A program made the translations under genes and the position numbers. Positions 15,901 through 23,549 of a DNA stretch of 32,000 bases are shown here, piece after piece. This stretch comes from Candidatus Arthromitus sp. SFB-rat-Yit. GTDB lineage: Bacteria; Bacillota; Clostridia; Clostridiales; Clostridiaceae. The stretch is taken from positions 480,001-512,000 of the forward strand of contig NC_016012.1 of the NCBI RefSeq assembly GCF_000283555.1, read 5' to 3'. The notes under the pieces are model-generated. The model was not told the origin of the DNA and did not search any database. It saw only the letters and a program-made list of their open reading frames with translations. Position 1 is the stretch's first letter. Each line of letters starts with the position of its first letter.

Positions 15901-17268
15901 ACATTTAAAAGTGTTAAGATTACAAGTTTATGTCCAAATATGGAATATGATATAAAGCTTGTATTAGATTTTGGAGATGTAGGGAAAAAAGAAAAGGAAA
16001 TCAGTTTTAAATCTAAGGAACTTGATATATCAAATATCTCACTGAAAGCATTAACAAATAAATTCTTTGATGTATCTTGGGAGTTTTCTTCAGATACGCT
16101 AGAATTCGATGATGAGTTGGATTATATAAATATTTATAAAAAAATTGAGGATGAAGAATTTTCAGAATCCAATATTGTTTTTGAAATTGATAAAAATATT
16201 GATAAACGAAACAGTGTAAGAATTGAGGTTGATGATATTTCTAAAAATTATGATGTTAAAGTTGAATATGAATTTTTGTTTGGAAGTATAGAGAAAACGA
16301 TTTCTGGAGGAGGATTATTTTTAGAATTTGAGGAAGATTCACCAAACTTAATTTTGAAATATCCTAAATCTTTAGTATTTGAAAATGGGGATTCTATAGA
16401 TATTTTTTCAAAGCATGAATCTGAAGAAGAATATAAAGAGTTTATGAATATAAAACATTCATCTTCTAAAAATTTAAATGAAATAGGAAGTATAGAGCTT
16501 GATAATCCAGTTTCTGGAACATCATTTATTTTAATTATTAACAACAAGAATACTCAAGTATTCCCTGTTATGGCTAATTATGGAAATGGAGAATATGAAG
16601 GAGATGAGTCAGAATACCCAGTTTTGGATATTGTTAGTGAGATGAAGGGAAACTGGGTGGATATACAGATTCCTGATGAATACGAAGTTGATATTTCATC
16701 AGAAGTTTTAAATAGTATTGGTGGAAATTCTTATTATGCTGAGTTAGAGGATGGAAGCTATGTAATTGTAATAGATAGGATTGTACCGAAAAAAGTTTAT
16801 TCTAATGTGTTTGTTTTAACTTCAGATATAGATGGAAATGAAGTTAGATTTGATATAGGTGAATTTAAGCTTGAACCATATAATTTGCTAGAAGATTTCT
16901 TATATAATTCTTATTATTTTGCATTTGATAGAGAGCCTGATGAAAACGGATACAATTATTGGAAGGATCAACTCGAAGAGGAAGAGAGCAGTATATCTGG
17001 TAAATATTTTTTAATTAATTTGATGTTTGCTGAGAGGGAGTTTGCAGATAGAAATTTAAGTGATGAAGATTTGATAAAAGTTTTATATCAAATTGTGGTT
17101 AATAGACAGTATGATACTGAAGGATTAAATTATTGGATTTCTGTATATGGAGAGTATTTGGAAGAGTTTGGTGGAGATAAGTATGAAGCAAAGAAAACTA
17201 TAGTTTTAAGAATGGCTTATGAGCCTGAGTTCGGAAGATTGTGTGATAAGATGGGAATAGCTTGGTAA
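12913..17268 (+). CDS. Giant secreted/surface repeat protein A (1451 aa): N-terminal signal or anchor, about 11 FN3-like modules, C-terminal DUF4214-like domain
   Basis: Single uninterrupted ORF. An alternative TTG start at 12952 lies 6 nt after AAGGAAGGA. Hydrophobic N-terminus FKFMILMLVAISCLKIYS. Modules recur with W.YP..(Y/F)....GD.I.(I/L)F and L.P...Y..K signatures. Confidence 0.9.
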   Translation: MYGLIKSRKEGIKLRKLDLKIFKFMILMLVAISCLKIYSVYSKNKVVKQSRSYDFELNVEDLKFNSARFSWVYPDDFEFIVGDYINLFLINEESGSNGESPIFSAIHGKDGNDLSNITSLDFDSLTHSTKYQLKLEFNQIHGDYYSVEKNFETNDFEISDIQIDGIEDGVVKNKLINVKWKTNPESISFGENDKVEILLKELSDESFRRNPIFSSNKDVKNAEFSLPVFEGMYDLQIVYYIKDDIIYSDLFYCDLKSGGIELITQDIKTSSAKLVLNYPNQDILSDNTKVNIYIREDMNLDYSKDPIISFSGKEDILKNKEYVFNKLKFSTKYYVKVQFIIETFNKFGKDVPVVVESNCEFETKKFGVKDLKFTDGNENISKLSWDFDGEEILFSEGDSLKVYIKESLEDSYSENILKDISLSAEELLTKKDLDITFPKYDTKYDIKFNYNIGGRNLFEYLTHTVSLPKIDFGVKVIGEDSLNFKIKFDQNKTKFEKNDDDKIEIFVKKYGENDEAYRSINFTENQITAEPEKAKEGDAENIVERELKLETISSVFGENQPSTVEGDGNSQNTQTEKKQYEFKIIVRKDGAMFQEKFYRVSMEENSLQIVDVVFKRISEKKIEASVEYAPYDYEFSDKVESLSYTKSKDTTAKSVLKKRTSTESQITSEFKTNRKFEISFDDFGVYKLKFSYKMKETQATNRDGSESSESKFNITEMEKVYNNKFDVFRLELRDDIFNEIKLNLDFDSYYTPKNGDKVEIFFKVNSEDETDKKSEDFSKDPLVTFVHKDNELNLSNMGAFDLAGLDAGTKYSFKVIFTPKDSQSNAIEKYKDAETKDIKISNLVIDHVSDIIAYARWELEEGCEFGVNDKLDIFYKKDGEEYPKDPNQQEEDLYINDGVILYLDTVDTQYNIKFVFRSGSKTFEEEVDFNNKINDLEVEILDIYETSVYVKWDYPENYSITDGESISIFLKRKDGVYAEEPDYFVEQNDEEGEDIETFKSVKITSLCPNMEYDIKLVLDFGDVGKKEKEISFKSKELDISNISLKALTNKFFDVSWEFSSDTLEFDDELDYINIYKKIEDEEFSESNIVFEIDKNIDKRNSVRIEVDDISKNYDVKVEYEFLFGSIEKTISGGGLFLEFEEDSPNLILKYPKSLVFENGDSIDIFSKHESEEEYKEFMNIKHSSSKNLNEIGSIELDNPVSGTSFILIINNKNTQVFPVMANYGNGEYEGDESEYPVLDIVSEMKGNWVDIQIPDEYEVDISSEVLNSIGGNSYYAELEDGSYVIVIDRIVPKKVYSNVFVLTSDIDGNEVRFDIGEFKLEPYNLLEDFLYNSYYFAFDREPDENGYNYWKDQLEEEESSISGKYFLINLMFAEREFADRNLSDEDLIKVLYQIVVNRQYDTEGLNYWISVYGEYLEEFGGDKYEAKKTIVLRMAYEPEFGRLCDKMGIAW
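13075..16560 (+). repeat. Protein-level array of about 11 divergent beta-sandwich modules of about 100 aa each (protein A)
   Basis: Anchor strings: SARFSWVYPDDFEFIVGDYINLFL, LINVKWKTNPESISFGENDKVEILL, SAKLVLNYPNQDILSDNTKVNIYI, ISKLSWDFDGEEILFSEGDSLKVYI, SVYVKWDYPENYSITDGESISIFL, FFDVSWEFSSDTLEFDDELDYINIY, and others. Module boundaries are approximate. Confidence 0.7.
16876..17265 (+). other. DUF4214-like C-terminal domain of protein A
   Basis: PYNLLEDFLYNSYYFAFDREPDENGYNYWKDQL...LINLMFAEREF...LIKVLYQIVVNRQYDTEGLNYW...EPEFGRLCDKMGIAW. The F..LY...L.R.PD..G..YW......SxEF pattern fits my recollection of DUF4214. Confidence 0.6.
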
Positions 17269-17291
17269 TTTTGTATTTATGGAGGAGAAAA

Positions 17292-20200
17292 ATGAAGACA
17301 TGTATGAAGAAATTCATTATTAATCTCATGATTCTTATATTTTTATTTGAATTAATTCCGCTTGGAGATATGGGTATTAAATTAGGATTTGTTGAAAAAT
17401 CTAGTGCTTATTATACCCAGCTTGATTCAGTTGCTCCAGGTTATGTGATAAGTGCTGAGGAGGGAGGGATTGTATTTGATTTAAGTCAAAGATTATCAAG
17501 CTCGATGAGTGTTGAATCATTTAGTATAAAGAATATGAATCCAGAACAACAGAAAAAAGATTTGAAAGAAGAATCTTCAGATGGAGTTAGATGGTTAACA
17601 AAAGATGAAATGATAAATGGTCATATCTATGAAATTGAAAGTAAGATTTATGATTCTGAAATCGATAAGACATTAACATTTATAAATTCTTTTAAATTTA
17701 CAGATAAAAATACAGCGTACAATCCTAAGGTATCTTTTTCAAATTTTGATGCTAATAGGATGATTACTCAAGATGTTTTTTTTGATTTTTCAAATTGTAA
17801 AGAATTGATAAATAATTCAAATAGATTAGATCTTGAGATTTTAAATTCTGATTTAACAAAGGCAGAAATAGATTCAGTTTTTGTTGATAAAAATGACCTT
17901 GTAAATGCTGGTTATAGATATAAACTTTCCAGAGCAGCATCTATTTTTAAACCGAACAAGGATTATATAATTAGACTTAATGCAGATGGTGTTATTTGGG
18001 ATAAGATGATTTCTTGTTCATTAAAGGCAAATCCTACATTAGTTGAAAATATTAGACCTACAGAGATAGATTTTAAATATTATGCTAAGCAAAGAAATCT
18101 TTTCATTCCGACATTAGATTTTGGAATTTGTAAAACGTTTACTGATAGGCATCATGTTGAAGTTAAGATTATTTTAAGTAATTCAAAAAAAGGTCTTGTT
18201 CCAGTTGAAGTAACAGGTGAAATACCACGTTTAGCAGAAATTAATATTCCAGAAGAATATTGTTCAACAATAATACCAAGTGATATAAGAGTTTATTTTT
18301 CTGATAAATATACTGGAGCTTTACTTGCTGAGTATTTATTTCAAGTTACATTTAAAGAGGGCGGGTGTTTTATGTGGACTGGACTTTCTTATTATGGAGA
18401 AAAAGATATATCAGGTTATCAAATAACTAAAATAACACCAGTTCATGAAGAAAATGATACTACAACTGTTCCACATTCATGGGATGAATTTCCACGAGCA
18501 CATTATATAACTTTATATGATAATAAATTAGAAAATCAAATAGGTGGAGAATATAGATTTGATGTTACAAAAACTAAATATGAATATGTAGGTGCGGAGC
18601 AGAATGTTAAAGGTGCTAACTTTAAAGTGCCGTTTAAAGATATGAGGCAAGGTTTTAATAGTTATAATTTTAAATTTGAATCGAGCAATCGTTATCCAGA
18701 ATGGGGATATGCGTATATACCATTTGGTTTTTATGCGGATATAGTTGAAATAAAAGATTTAGACATTGAGGTAAAGGATTTAAAAGTAAATTCTTCAGGT
18801 AAATATGATTTTAGTTTCGAACTGAAAAATCAAAATGTTATCACAGGTGATAAGATGAGCATTATAGATGATAATGGTAAAGAATATATAGCTAATGTAA
18901 ATACTTCAAAGAGATTTAATTTTAAAGATATTCCATTAGTGTTTGGAGGTAAATATGTAGTTACTTATAATAAAATAAGTTCACTTTTTCACTTTAAATC
19001 TACGGATATGTCTATATTATTTAATCCAGTTGTAATAGGAACTTCTTCAAATGGTCAAAATGTTGTTGAAATTGATTTTGATAAGAAATATGAGAAGATC
19101 CTAAACTCAGATAGGATGAAAAATCGTATTAGAATATTGCACATGAATGGTAATAGCACAGGGAATGAATTTACGGATTTTAATGTAGGAAAACATAAAT
19201 TTACATTAAGTTCAGGACTGACTGAAGGACAAAATTATATAGTGGAGTTTTCAAACTCTAAGGAGGAAACGTATAAAACTACGTTTCAGTATACTACAAT
19301 GAAGCTTGACTTGTCAGACGTAACAGGGACAACAGCGAAATTAAATTGGGAATATCCTAGTAATTATCTAATAACAGATGGAGATGTATTAAATATATAT
19401 TTCAAAAAAGAGGATGCTAACTATCCAGCTATTCCTGATGCTAAAATAATGCATGGATTTCAGGGTATAGATTTTAATGATGTGACAACATATACGATTA
19501 GAAACATGAGTCCAAATATAAATTACGTTGCAAAACTTGAACTTGTAACTAATGAGGGTATGACCTATGTAGATGAAACTGAGTTTGTAACAAGTACTTT
19601 TAAAATATTGAATGAAGAAATTGAAGGTATTTCTGAGGATGGTACTGTAAACAGTAAATCTATAAATTTTAAATGGGATATAAATCTTGGTGATATAGAA
19701 TTTAATGCAGGAGATAAGGTAGAACTTTTTCTTAAATTGCGTTCTCATAATGCATTCCCTAAAACGCCAGTATCGACGATAGATCAAGATTTAAATAGAA
19801 ATAAACGGATTAAATTTGATGTATCAAATTATTATGAAGATTATAGTGCAAAAATTGTTTATACAATAGGTGGAGTTCGTCATACAAGTAAAGTTTTAAA
19901 TTTTAGTGTAGAGCCGGAAAAATTAGAATTATCTGTAAATGATATTACAGATTATTCGGCTGTCGTTAATTGGAAATATCCAGAAGGTATAAATATAGAA
20001 AATAATCATGAGATTAGGGTTTATTTAAGAAAAGCTGGTGATTTAGATTATAGACTTGAAAAGACATATAAACAGTCTGAAACTTCTCTTAAAGATGTAA
20101 CTAAATATAAGTTTGATAAACTTAGATTTGAAACTACGTACCAAGTTAAGCTTGTTTATAAAGTTGGAGATAAGCAAGTTGCAGGAGTAAGTGAGGATGT

Positions 20201-23200
20201 AACACAAGATATCGAAATAGAATTTAGGACGGAAAGTTTTGTTATAAATAATCTTCGTTTTGAAAAGGATATGAATAATCTTGTAAATGTAATGTGGAAT
20301 TTAAAAAATGATAATTATCCTTATGTTAATGGTGATTCAGTAGAATTATTTTTAAAAGAAAGAGGAGCACCATCACAGAATTATAAAAAATTCCAATATG
20401 CAACAGGGAATATTTCAGCAGTGAGAGCATTTAACATAATGATACCTAAATTTAATGTAGATTATGATATGAAATTGACTTATACTTTGGGTGGTAAACA
20501 AGTTAGTGCTTATGGAAATTGTAGACTTGATATGGGAGATATAGGTTTTAATGTTGATGAGATAACAGATACTAAAATTAAAGTTTCTTGGACATACCCA
20601 GATAATTATAGTATTTCAAATAATGATAAGATTGAAGTATCTTTGAAAAATCTTGAAGATGGAAATAATGTGGAATCTGAATCGAAGACACAAAATTATG
20701 ATAATAATAATACTACTATGATTAAAGATTTTAAGGAAAAAGAATTTACTTTAACTAAAGATAAAATGTATGAAGTTAAGATTAGATTTTCATCGGTATA
20801 TGCAGAACCTATTGAGAAATCGTTTAAATTTAAAGCTACTTCTGGATTTCAAATTTTAGGTTTAGTTGGTAAGTCTTTAGATTCTAAATCATTTAAACTT
20901 GAATGGGATTTTTACAATAATAATGAGGAATTTGATTCAAATAGTAAAATTGAAATTTTATACAAAGAAGAACCAAAGGGAAGTTCACAAGATGCTTCAC
21001 AAGACAATAATGTTGAAGATAAATTATTTGAAAATGTTAATCCTGTTTCAACTCGTACTGGAAGTGAATTGAAAGAATTTAAGTCTTATGTAGTTGAGGG
21101 ACTTGATGTAAATAAAAATTATTTGTTTAGAGTTCGGTATACTATTACTGGAGATTCGGGAAAGGTAGTATACAAAGATTTGGTAGGTAAAACAGAAGCA
21201 AGAAAAATAACTTCGAGCGTAATTGATACACAACCTACAGGTGTTAAAATTTCAGTTGAGTATCCGGAGAACTATGAAATATTAGAAGGTGATATCTTAG
21301 ATATATTTATAAGAAGAAAAGAAGAAACGAATTATTCAGTTAATCCTAATTTTACTGGAAAGCATGGCAGTGGGGAAGATGATGTTGACTTAAATGAAGT
21401 AACTGTACTTGATATACTTGGATTATCTCCAAATAAAGAATATTTTTCTAAAGTTGTATTTTGGCCAGATGGTGGTTCGGGAATTAAACAAGAGATGGAA
21501 CTTAGCTTTAAAACAGACGTAGTAGAAGGTATAGGAGAAGTAATTATAGGTGACGTTTTAGATTATGTGGTAAAAGTAGGAATTAAGATGGAGCCAGATG
21601 AGCTTATTTTAAGTGATAAAGATAGTTGTAAGGTTTTTATAAAGAAGAAAGATCAAACTCATTATCCAGATAAATCAAATGGTGAAATTCGTGGAGATAT
21701 ATTTAATGAAGAAAAATTTATATCAGCATATTTTGATGAATTGAACGCAGAGTACGATGTGAAGGTTATAGTGAATATTGGTGGCAATGAGTTTGAAAAG
21801 GAAACTAGTTTTGTAAGTAAGATTGATGATTTTAATATTGATGTTAAAGAAATTAATCCGATGACGACGCAAGTAGAATGGAGATATCCAAATAATTATA
21901 CACTTGTGGATGGTGAAAGTATTCAGATATTTATCAAATATCAAGATGAGGATGATTTTTTAAGTGAACCTGATCTTGAACTTATTCAATCAGATGATTT
22001 GAATTTATCTGATATAAATTTGGTTGAATTATATTCATTGATTCCTGATACTAGATATGAAGTTAAGGTGAAATTGAATTTATTAGAAGCGGATGTAAAA
22101 CCAGTTATTAAGGAATTTACTACAACTGTTTTTGAGATAGAGAATCTTGAAATACAGGACATAAGTAGTGATGGAATGTCTATTAAATGGGATCTGAGTA
22201 CAGAAGAATTAGATTTTATAGATGAGTATGATAATTTATCTGTTTTTATTAAGAATAGCAATGAAGAAGATTATGATTTTTCAAATCCTGTGGCAGAGTT
22301 CACAGAAGGTTTAAATGATATAAGGTCAATATCTTTTCAAACAGAAGATAGCATAGCAGATGTTGATATTTATTTATCATATTTAATTGAAGATTATGAA
22401 GCTGCTATGGAAATATCATATACAGCAATTGATTTAAATGTTGAAGTGCAACAAGAAGGGGTATTAGTTGAATGGACGTATCCACCTGGAATAGAATTTG
22501 AAAAAGATGATAGACTCGATATTTATTTGAAACATGCTAATAAGTCGGGATATAAGACAGAACCAAATTTTAGATATACTAATGGAAAAGATGGCGATCT
22601 AAGTGAATTAAATGAAATATTTTTCAAAAGATTAGGAATTGGAAACTATGTGATGAAGTTTTCATTAATCACAAGTGATATGAGATATAATCCTATAGAA
22701 ATCGAGTTCAATGTGCAGGATCAAGATGTGGTCGGAACAGAACTTAAGTTTAATGGAAAATCAAGTAATAGAAAAATAGAATTAGATATTGTTGGTGATA
22801 ATGAATTTGATTATGAAAAAGGGTTTAACATTAATCCTGAAGGTTTGGATCTTGAGATAGATGAGGTTAGAAATAAATTTATAGTTAAGAATCTGGTTCC
22901 AGGGAAAGATTATAAAAATATTGTTATTACTTTTTACACAGAAGAAGACGATGAAATTAATTTTGTAGTTAAAAATGTAAAGATAAATCCTGAAAATCTT
23001 TTGCAAGAATTTATAACAAATATTTATAAATTTGCATTTGAGCGTTATCCAGATGAGGAAGGATATGGATATTGGCTTGGAAGACTTCTTGAAAAAGGAG
23101 AAGTTACAGGTAAGTTTGTTTTATATAATTTGATGTTTGCAGAACGTGAATTTTCTGAAAGAAATCTTTCAGATGATGAATTAATAAAAGTTTTATACCA

Positions 23201-23381
23201 AATAGTAGTTAACAGAGAATATGATGAAGGAGGATTGAATTATTGGATAGGTGAATATAGAAACACATATTTACCACAAGCTAATAATGATAGTTATGAG
23301 GCACAAAAAGCTATAGTTGCAAGAATGTTACATGAGCAAGAGTTCAAAGATTTGTGTAACAAAATGGGTATCTTGTGGTAA
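17292..23381 (+). CDS. Giant secreted/surface repeat protein B (2029 aa): signal peptide, non-repeat head of about 670 aa, about 12 FN3-like modules, C-terminal DUF4214-like domain
   Basis: The ATG at 17292 lies 4 nt after GGAGGAG and 23 nt after the stop of protein A, with no intervening terminator. The track start at 17262 is a TTG overlapping gene A and is unlikely to be used. N-terminus MKTCMKKFIINLMILIFLFELIPLG. Confidence 0.9.
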   Translation: MKTCMKKFIINLMILIFLFELIPLGDMGIKLGFVEKSSAYYTQLDSVAPGYVISAEEGGIVFDLSQRLSSSMSVESFSIKNMNPEQQKKDLKEESSDGVRWLTKDEMINGHIYEIESKIYDSEIDKTLTFINSFKFTDKNTAYNPKVSFSNFDANRMITQDVFFDFSNCKELINNSNRLDLEILNSDLTKAEIDSVFVDKNDLVNAGYRYKLSRAASIFKPNKDYIIRLNADGVIWDKMISCSLKANPTLVENIRPTEIDFKYYAKQRNLFIPTLDFGICKTFTDRHHVEVKIILSNSKKGLVPVEVTGEIPRLAEINIPEEYCSTIIPSDIRVYFSDKYTGALLAEYLFQVTFKEGGCFMWTGLSYYGEKDISGYQITKITPVHEENDTTTVPHSWDEFPRAHYITLYDNKLENQIGGEYRFDVTKTKYEYVGAEQNVKGANFKVPFKDMRQGFNSYNFKFESSNRYPEWGYAYIPFGFYADIVEIKDLDIEVKDLKVNSSGKYDFSFELKNQNVITGDKMSIIDDNGKEYIANVNTSKRFNFKDIPLVFGGKYVVTYNKISSLFHFKSTDMSILFNPVVIGTSSNGQNVVEIDFDKKYEKILNSDRMKNRIRILHMNGNSTGNEFTDFNVGKHKFTLSSGLTEGQNYIVEFSNSKEETYKTTFQYTTMKLDLSDVTGTTAKLNWEYPSNYLITDGDVLNIYFKKEDANYPAIPDAKIMHGFQGIDFNDVTTYTIRNMSPNINYVAKLELVTNEGMTYVDETEFVTSTFKILNEEIEGISEDGTVNSKSINFKWDINLGDIEFNAGDKVELFLKLRSHNAFPKTPVSTIDQDLNRNKRIKFDVSNYYEDYSAKIVYTIGGVRHTSKVLNFSVEPEKLELSVNDITDYSAVVNWKYPEGINIENNHEIRVYLRKAGDLDYRLEKTYKQSETSLKDVTKYKFDKLRFETTYQVKLVYKVGDKQVAGVSEDVTQDIEIEFRTESFVINNLRFEKDMNNLVNVMWNLKNDNYPYVNGDSVELFLKERGAPSQNYKKFQYATGNISAVRAFNIMIPKFNVDYDMKLTYTLGGKQVSAYGNCRLDMGDIGFNVDEITDTKIKVSWTYPDNYSISNNDKIEVSLKNLEDGNNVESESKTQNYDNNNTTMIKDFKEKEFTLTKDKMYEVKIRFSSVYAEPIEKSFKFKATSGFQILGLVGKSLDSKSFKLEWDFYNNNEEFDSNSKIEILYKEEPKGSSQDASQDNNVEDKLFENVNPVSTRTGSELKEFKSYVVEGLDVNKNYLFRVRYTITGDSGKVVYKDLVGKTEARKITSSVIDTQPTGVKISVEYPENYEILEGDILDIFIRRKEETNYSVNPNFTGKHGSGEDDVDLNEVTVLDILGLSPNKEYFSKVVFWPDGGSGIKQEMELSFKTDVVEGIGEVIIGDVLDYVVKVGIKMEPDELILSDKDSCKVFIKKKDQTHYPDKSNGEIRGDIFNEEKFISAYFDELNAEYDVKVIVNIGGNEFEKETSFVSKIDDFNIDVKEINPMTTQVEWRYPNNYTLVDGESIQIFIKYQDEDDFLSEPDLELIQSDDLNLSDINLVELYSLIPDTRYEVKVKLNLLEADVKPVIKEFTTTVFEIENLEIQDISSDGMSIKWDLSTEELDFIDEYDNLSVFIKNSNEEDYDFSNPVAEFTEGLNDIRSISFQTEDSIADVDIYLSYLIEDYEAAMEISYTAIDLNVEVQQEGVLVEWTYPPGIEFEKDDRLDIYLKHANKSGYKTEPNFRYTNGKDGDLSELNEIFFKRLGIGNYVMKFSLITSDMRYNPIEIEFNVQDQDVVGTELKFNGKSSNRKIELDIVGDNEFDYEKGFNINPEGLDLEIDEVRNKFIVKNLVPGKDYKNIVITFYTEEDDEINFVVKNVKINPENLLQEFITNIYKFAFERYPDEEGYGYWLGRLLEKGEVTGKFVLYNLMFAEREFSERNLSDDELIKVLYQIVVNREYDEGGLNYWIGEYRNTYLPQANNDSYEAQKAIVARMLHEQEFKDLCNKMGILW
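19299..22988 (+). repeat. Protein-level array of about 12 beta-sandwich modules of about 100 aa each, two subtypes alternating (protein B)
   Basis: Type-1 anchors: TAKLNWEYPSNYLITDGDVLNIYF, SAVVNWKYPEGINIENNHEIRVYL, KIKVSWTYPDNYSISNNDKIEVSL, GVKISVEYPENYEILEGDILDIFI, TTQVEWRYPNNYTLVDGESIQIFI, GVLVEWTYPPGIEFEKDDRLDIYL. These interleave with type-2 anchors: SINFKWDINLGDIEFNAGDKVELFL, LVNVMWNLKNDNYPYVNGDSVELFL, SFKLEWDFYNNNEEFDSNSKIEILY, VVKVGIKMEPDELILSDKDSCKVFI, GMSIKWDLSTEELDFIDEYDNLSVFI. Confidence 0.75.
22989..23378 (+). other. DUF4214-like C-terminal domain of protein B
   Basis: PENLLQEFITNIYKFAFERYPDEEGYGYWLGRL...LYNLMFAEREF...LIKVLYQIVVNREYDEGGLNYW...EQEFKDLCNKMGILW. It is collinear with the tail of protein A. 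Confidence 0.6.
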
Positions 23382-23385
23382 TATA

Positions 23386-23421
23386 TTAACCATCAATTTA
23401 TATTGATGGTTAATTTTTTTT
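23386..23421 (+). terminator. Strong rho-independent terminator ending the giant-protein operon
   Basis: TTAACCATCAAT (23386-23397) / ATTGATGGTTAA (23402-23413), a perfect 12-bp stem with a 4-nt loop, followed by T8. Confidence 0.9.
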
Positions 23422-23549
23422 GAGTAGAGTATGAAATTTTTGTAATAAATAAGATGAATATATTTGGTAAAAAATAGTAATGAGATTGGAGGAATTATTA
23501 TATAAAGCAAGATATTAAATGATTGAATAACAAATGTAGGAGGTGCCTT

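Noticed and set aside
17262-17291. Track start (TTG at 17262) for protein B, overlapping the end of gene A
   Set aside because: It has no ribosome-binding site, and the added residues MVILYLWRRK precede a much better start: ATG at 17292, 4 nt after GGAGGAG, followed directly by a signal peptide.
12913-23381. Recent tandem duplication or assembly artefact as the explanation for the two similar giant genes
   Set aside because: Even the best-conserved C-terminal regions differ at many nucleotide positions, including many synonymous changes. The N-terminal regions are unrelated and the module counts differ. The paralogues are old.
12913-23381. Sortase (LPXTG-like), SLH, LysM, GW, choline-binding or C-terminal transmembrane anchors in the giant proteins
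   Set aside because: I read both translations and found none of these. The only weak candidate is the AISC string in the N-terminal hydrophobic segment of protein A as a lipobox, and Ala at position -3 is atypical, so I did not call it.
23422-23549. GGAGG followed by a tiny ATG-ATT-GAA-TAA ORF upstream of the zapA-like gene, considered as a possible leader peptide or attenuator
   Set aside because: The ORF has only three codons, the spacing to the GGAGG is poor, and no alternative hairpins are evident. The evidence is insufficient.
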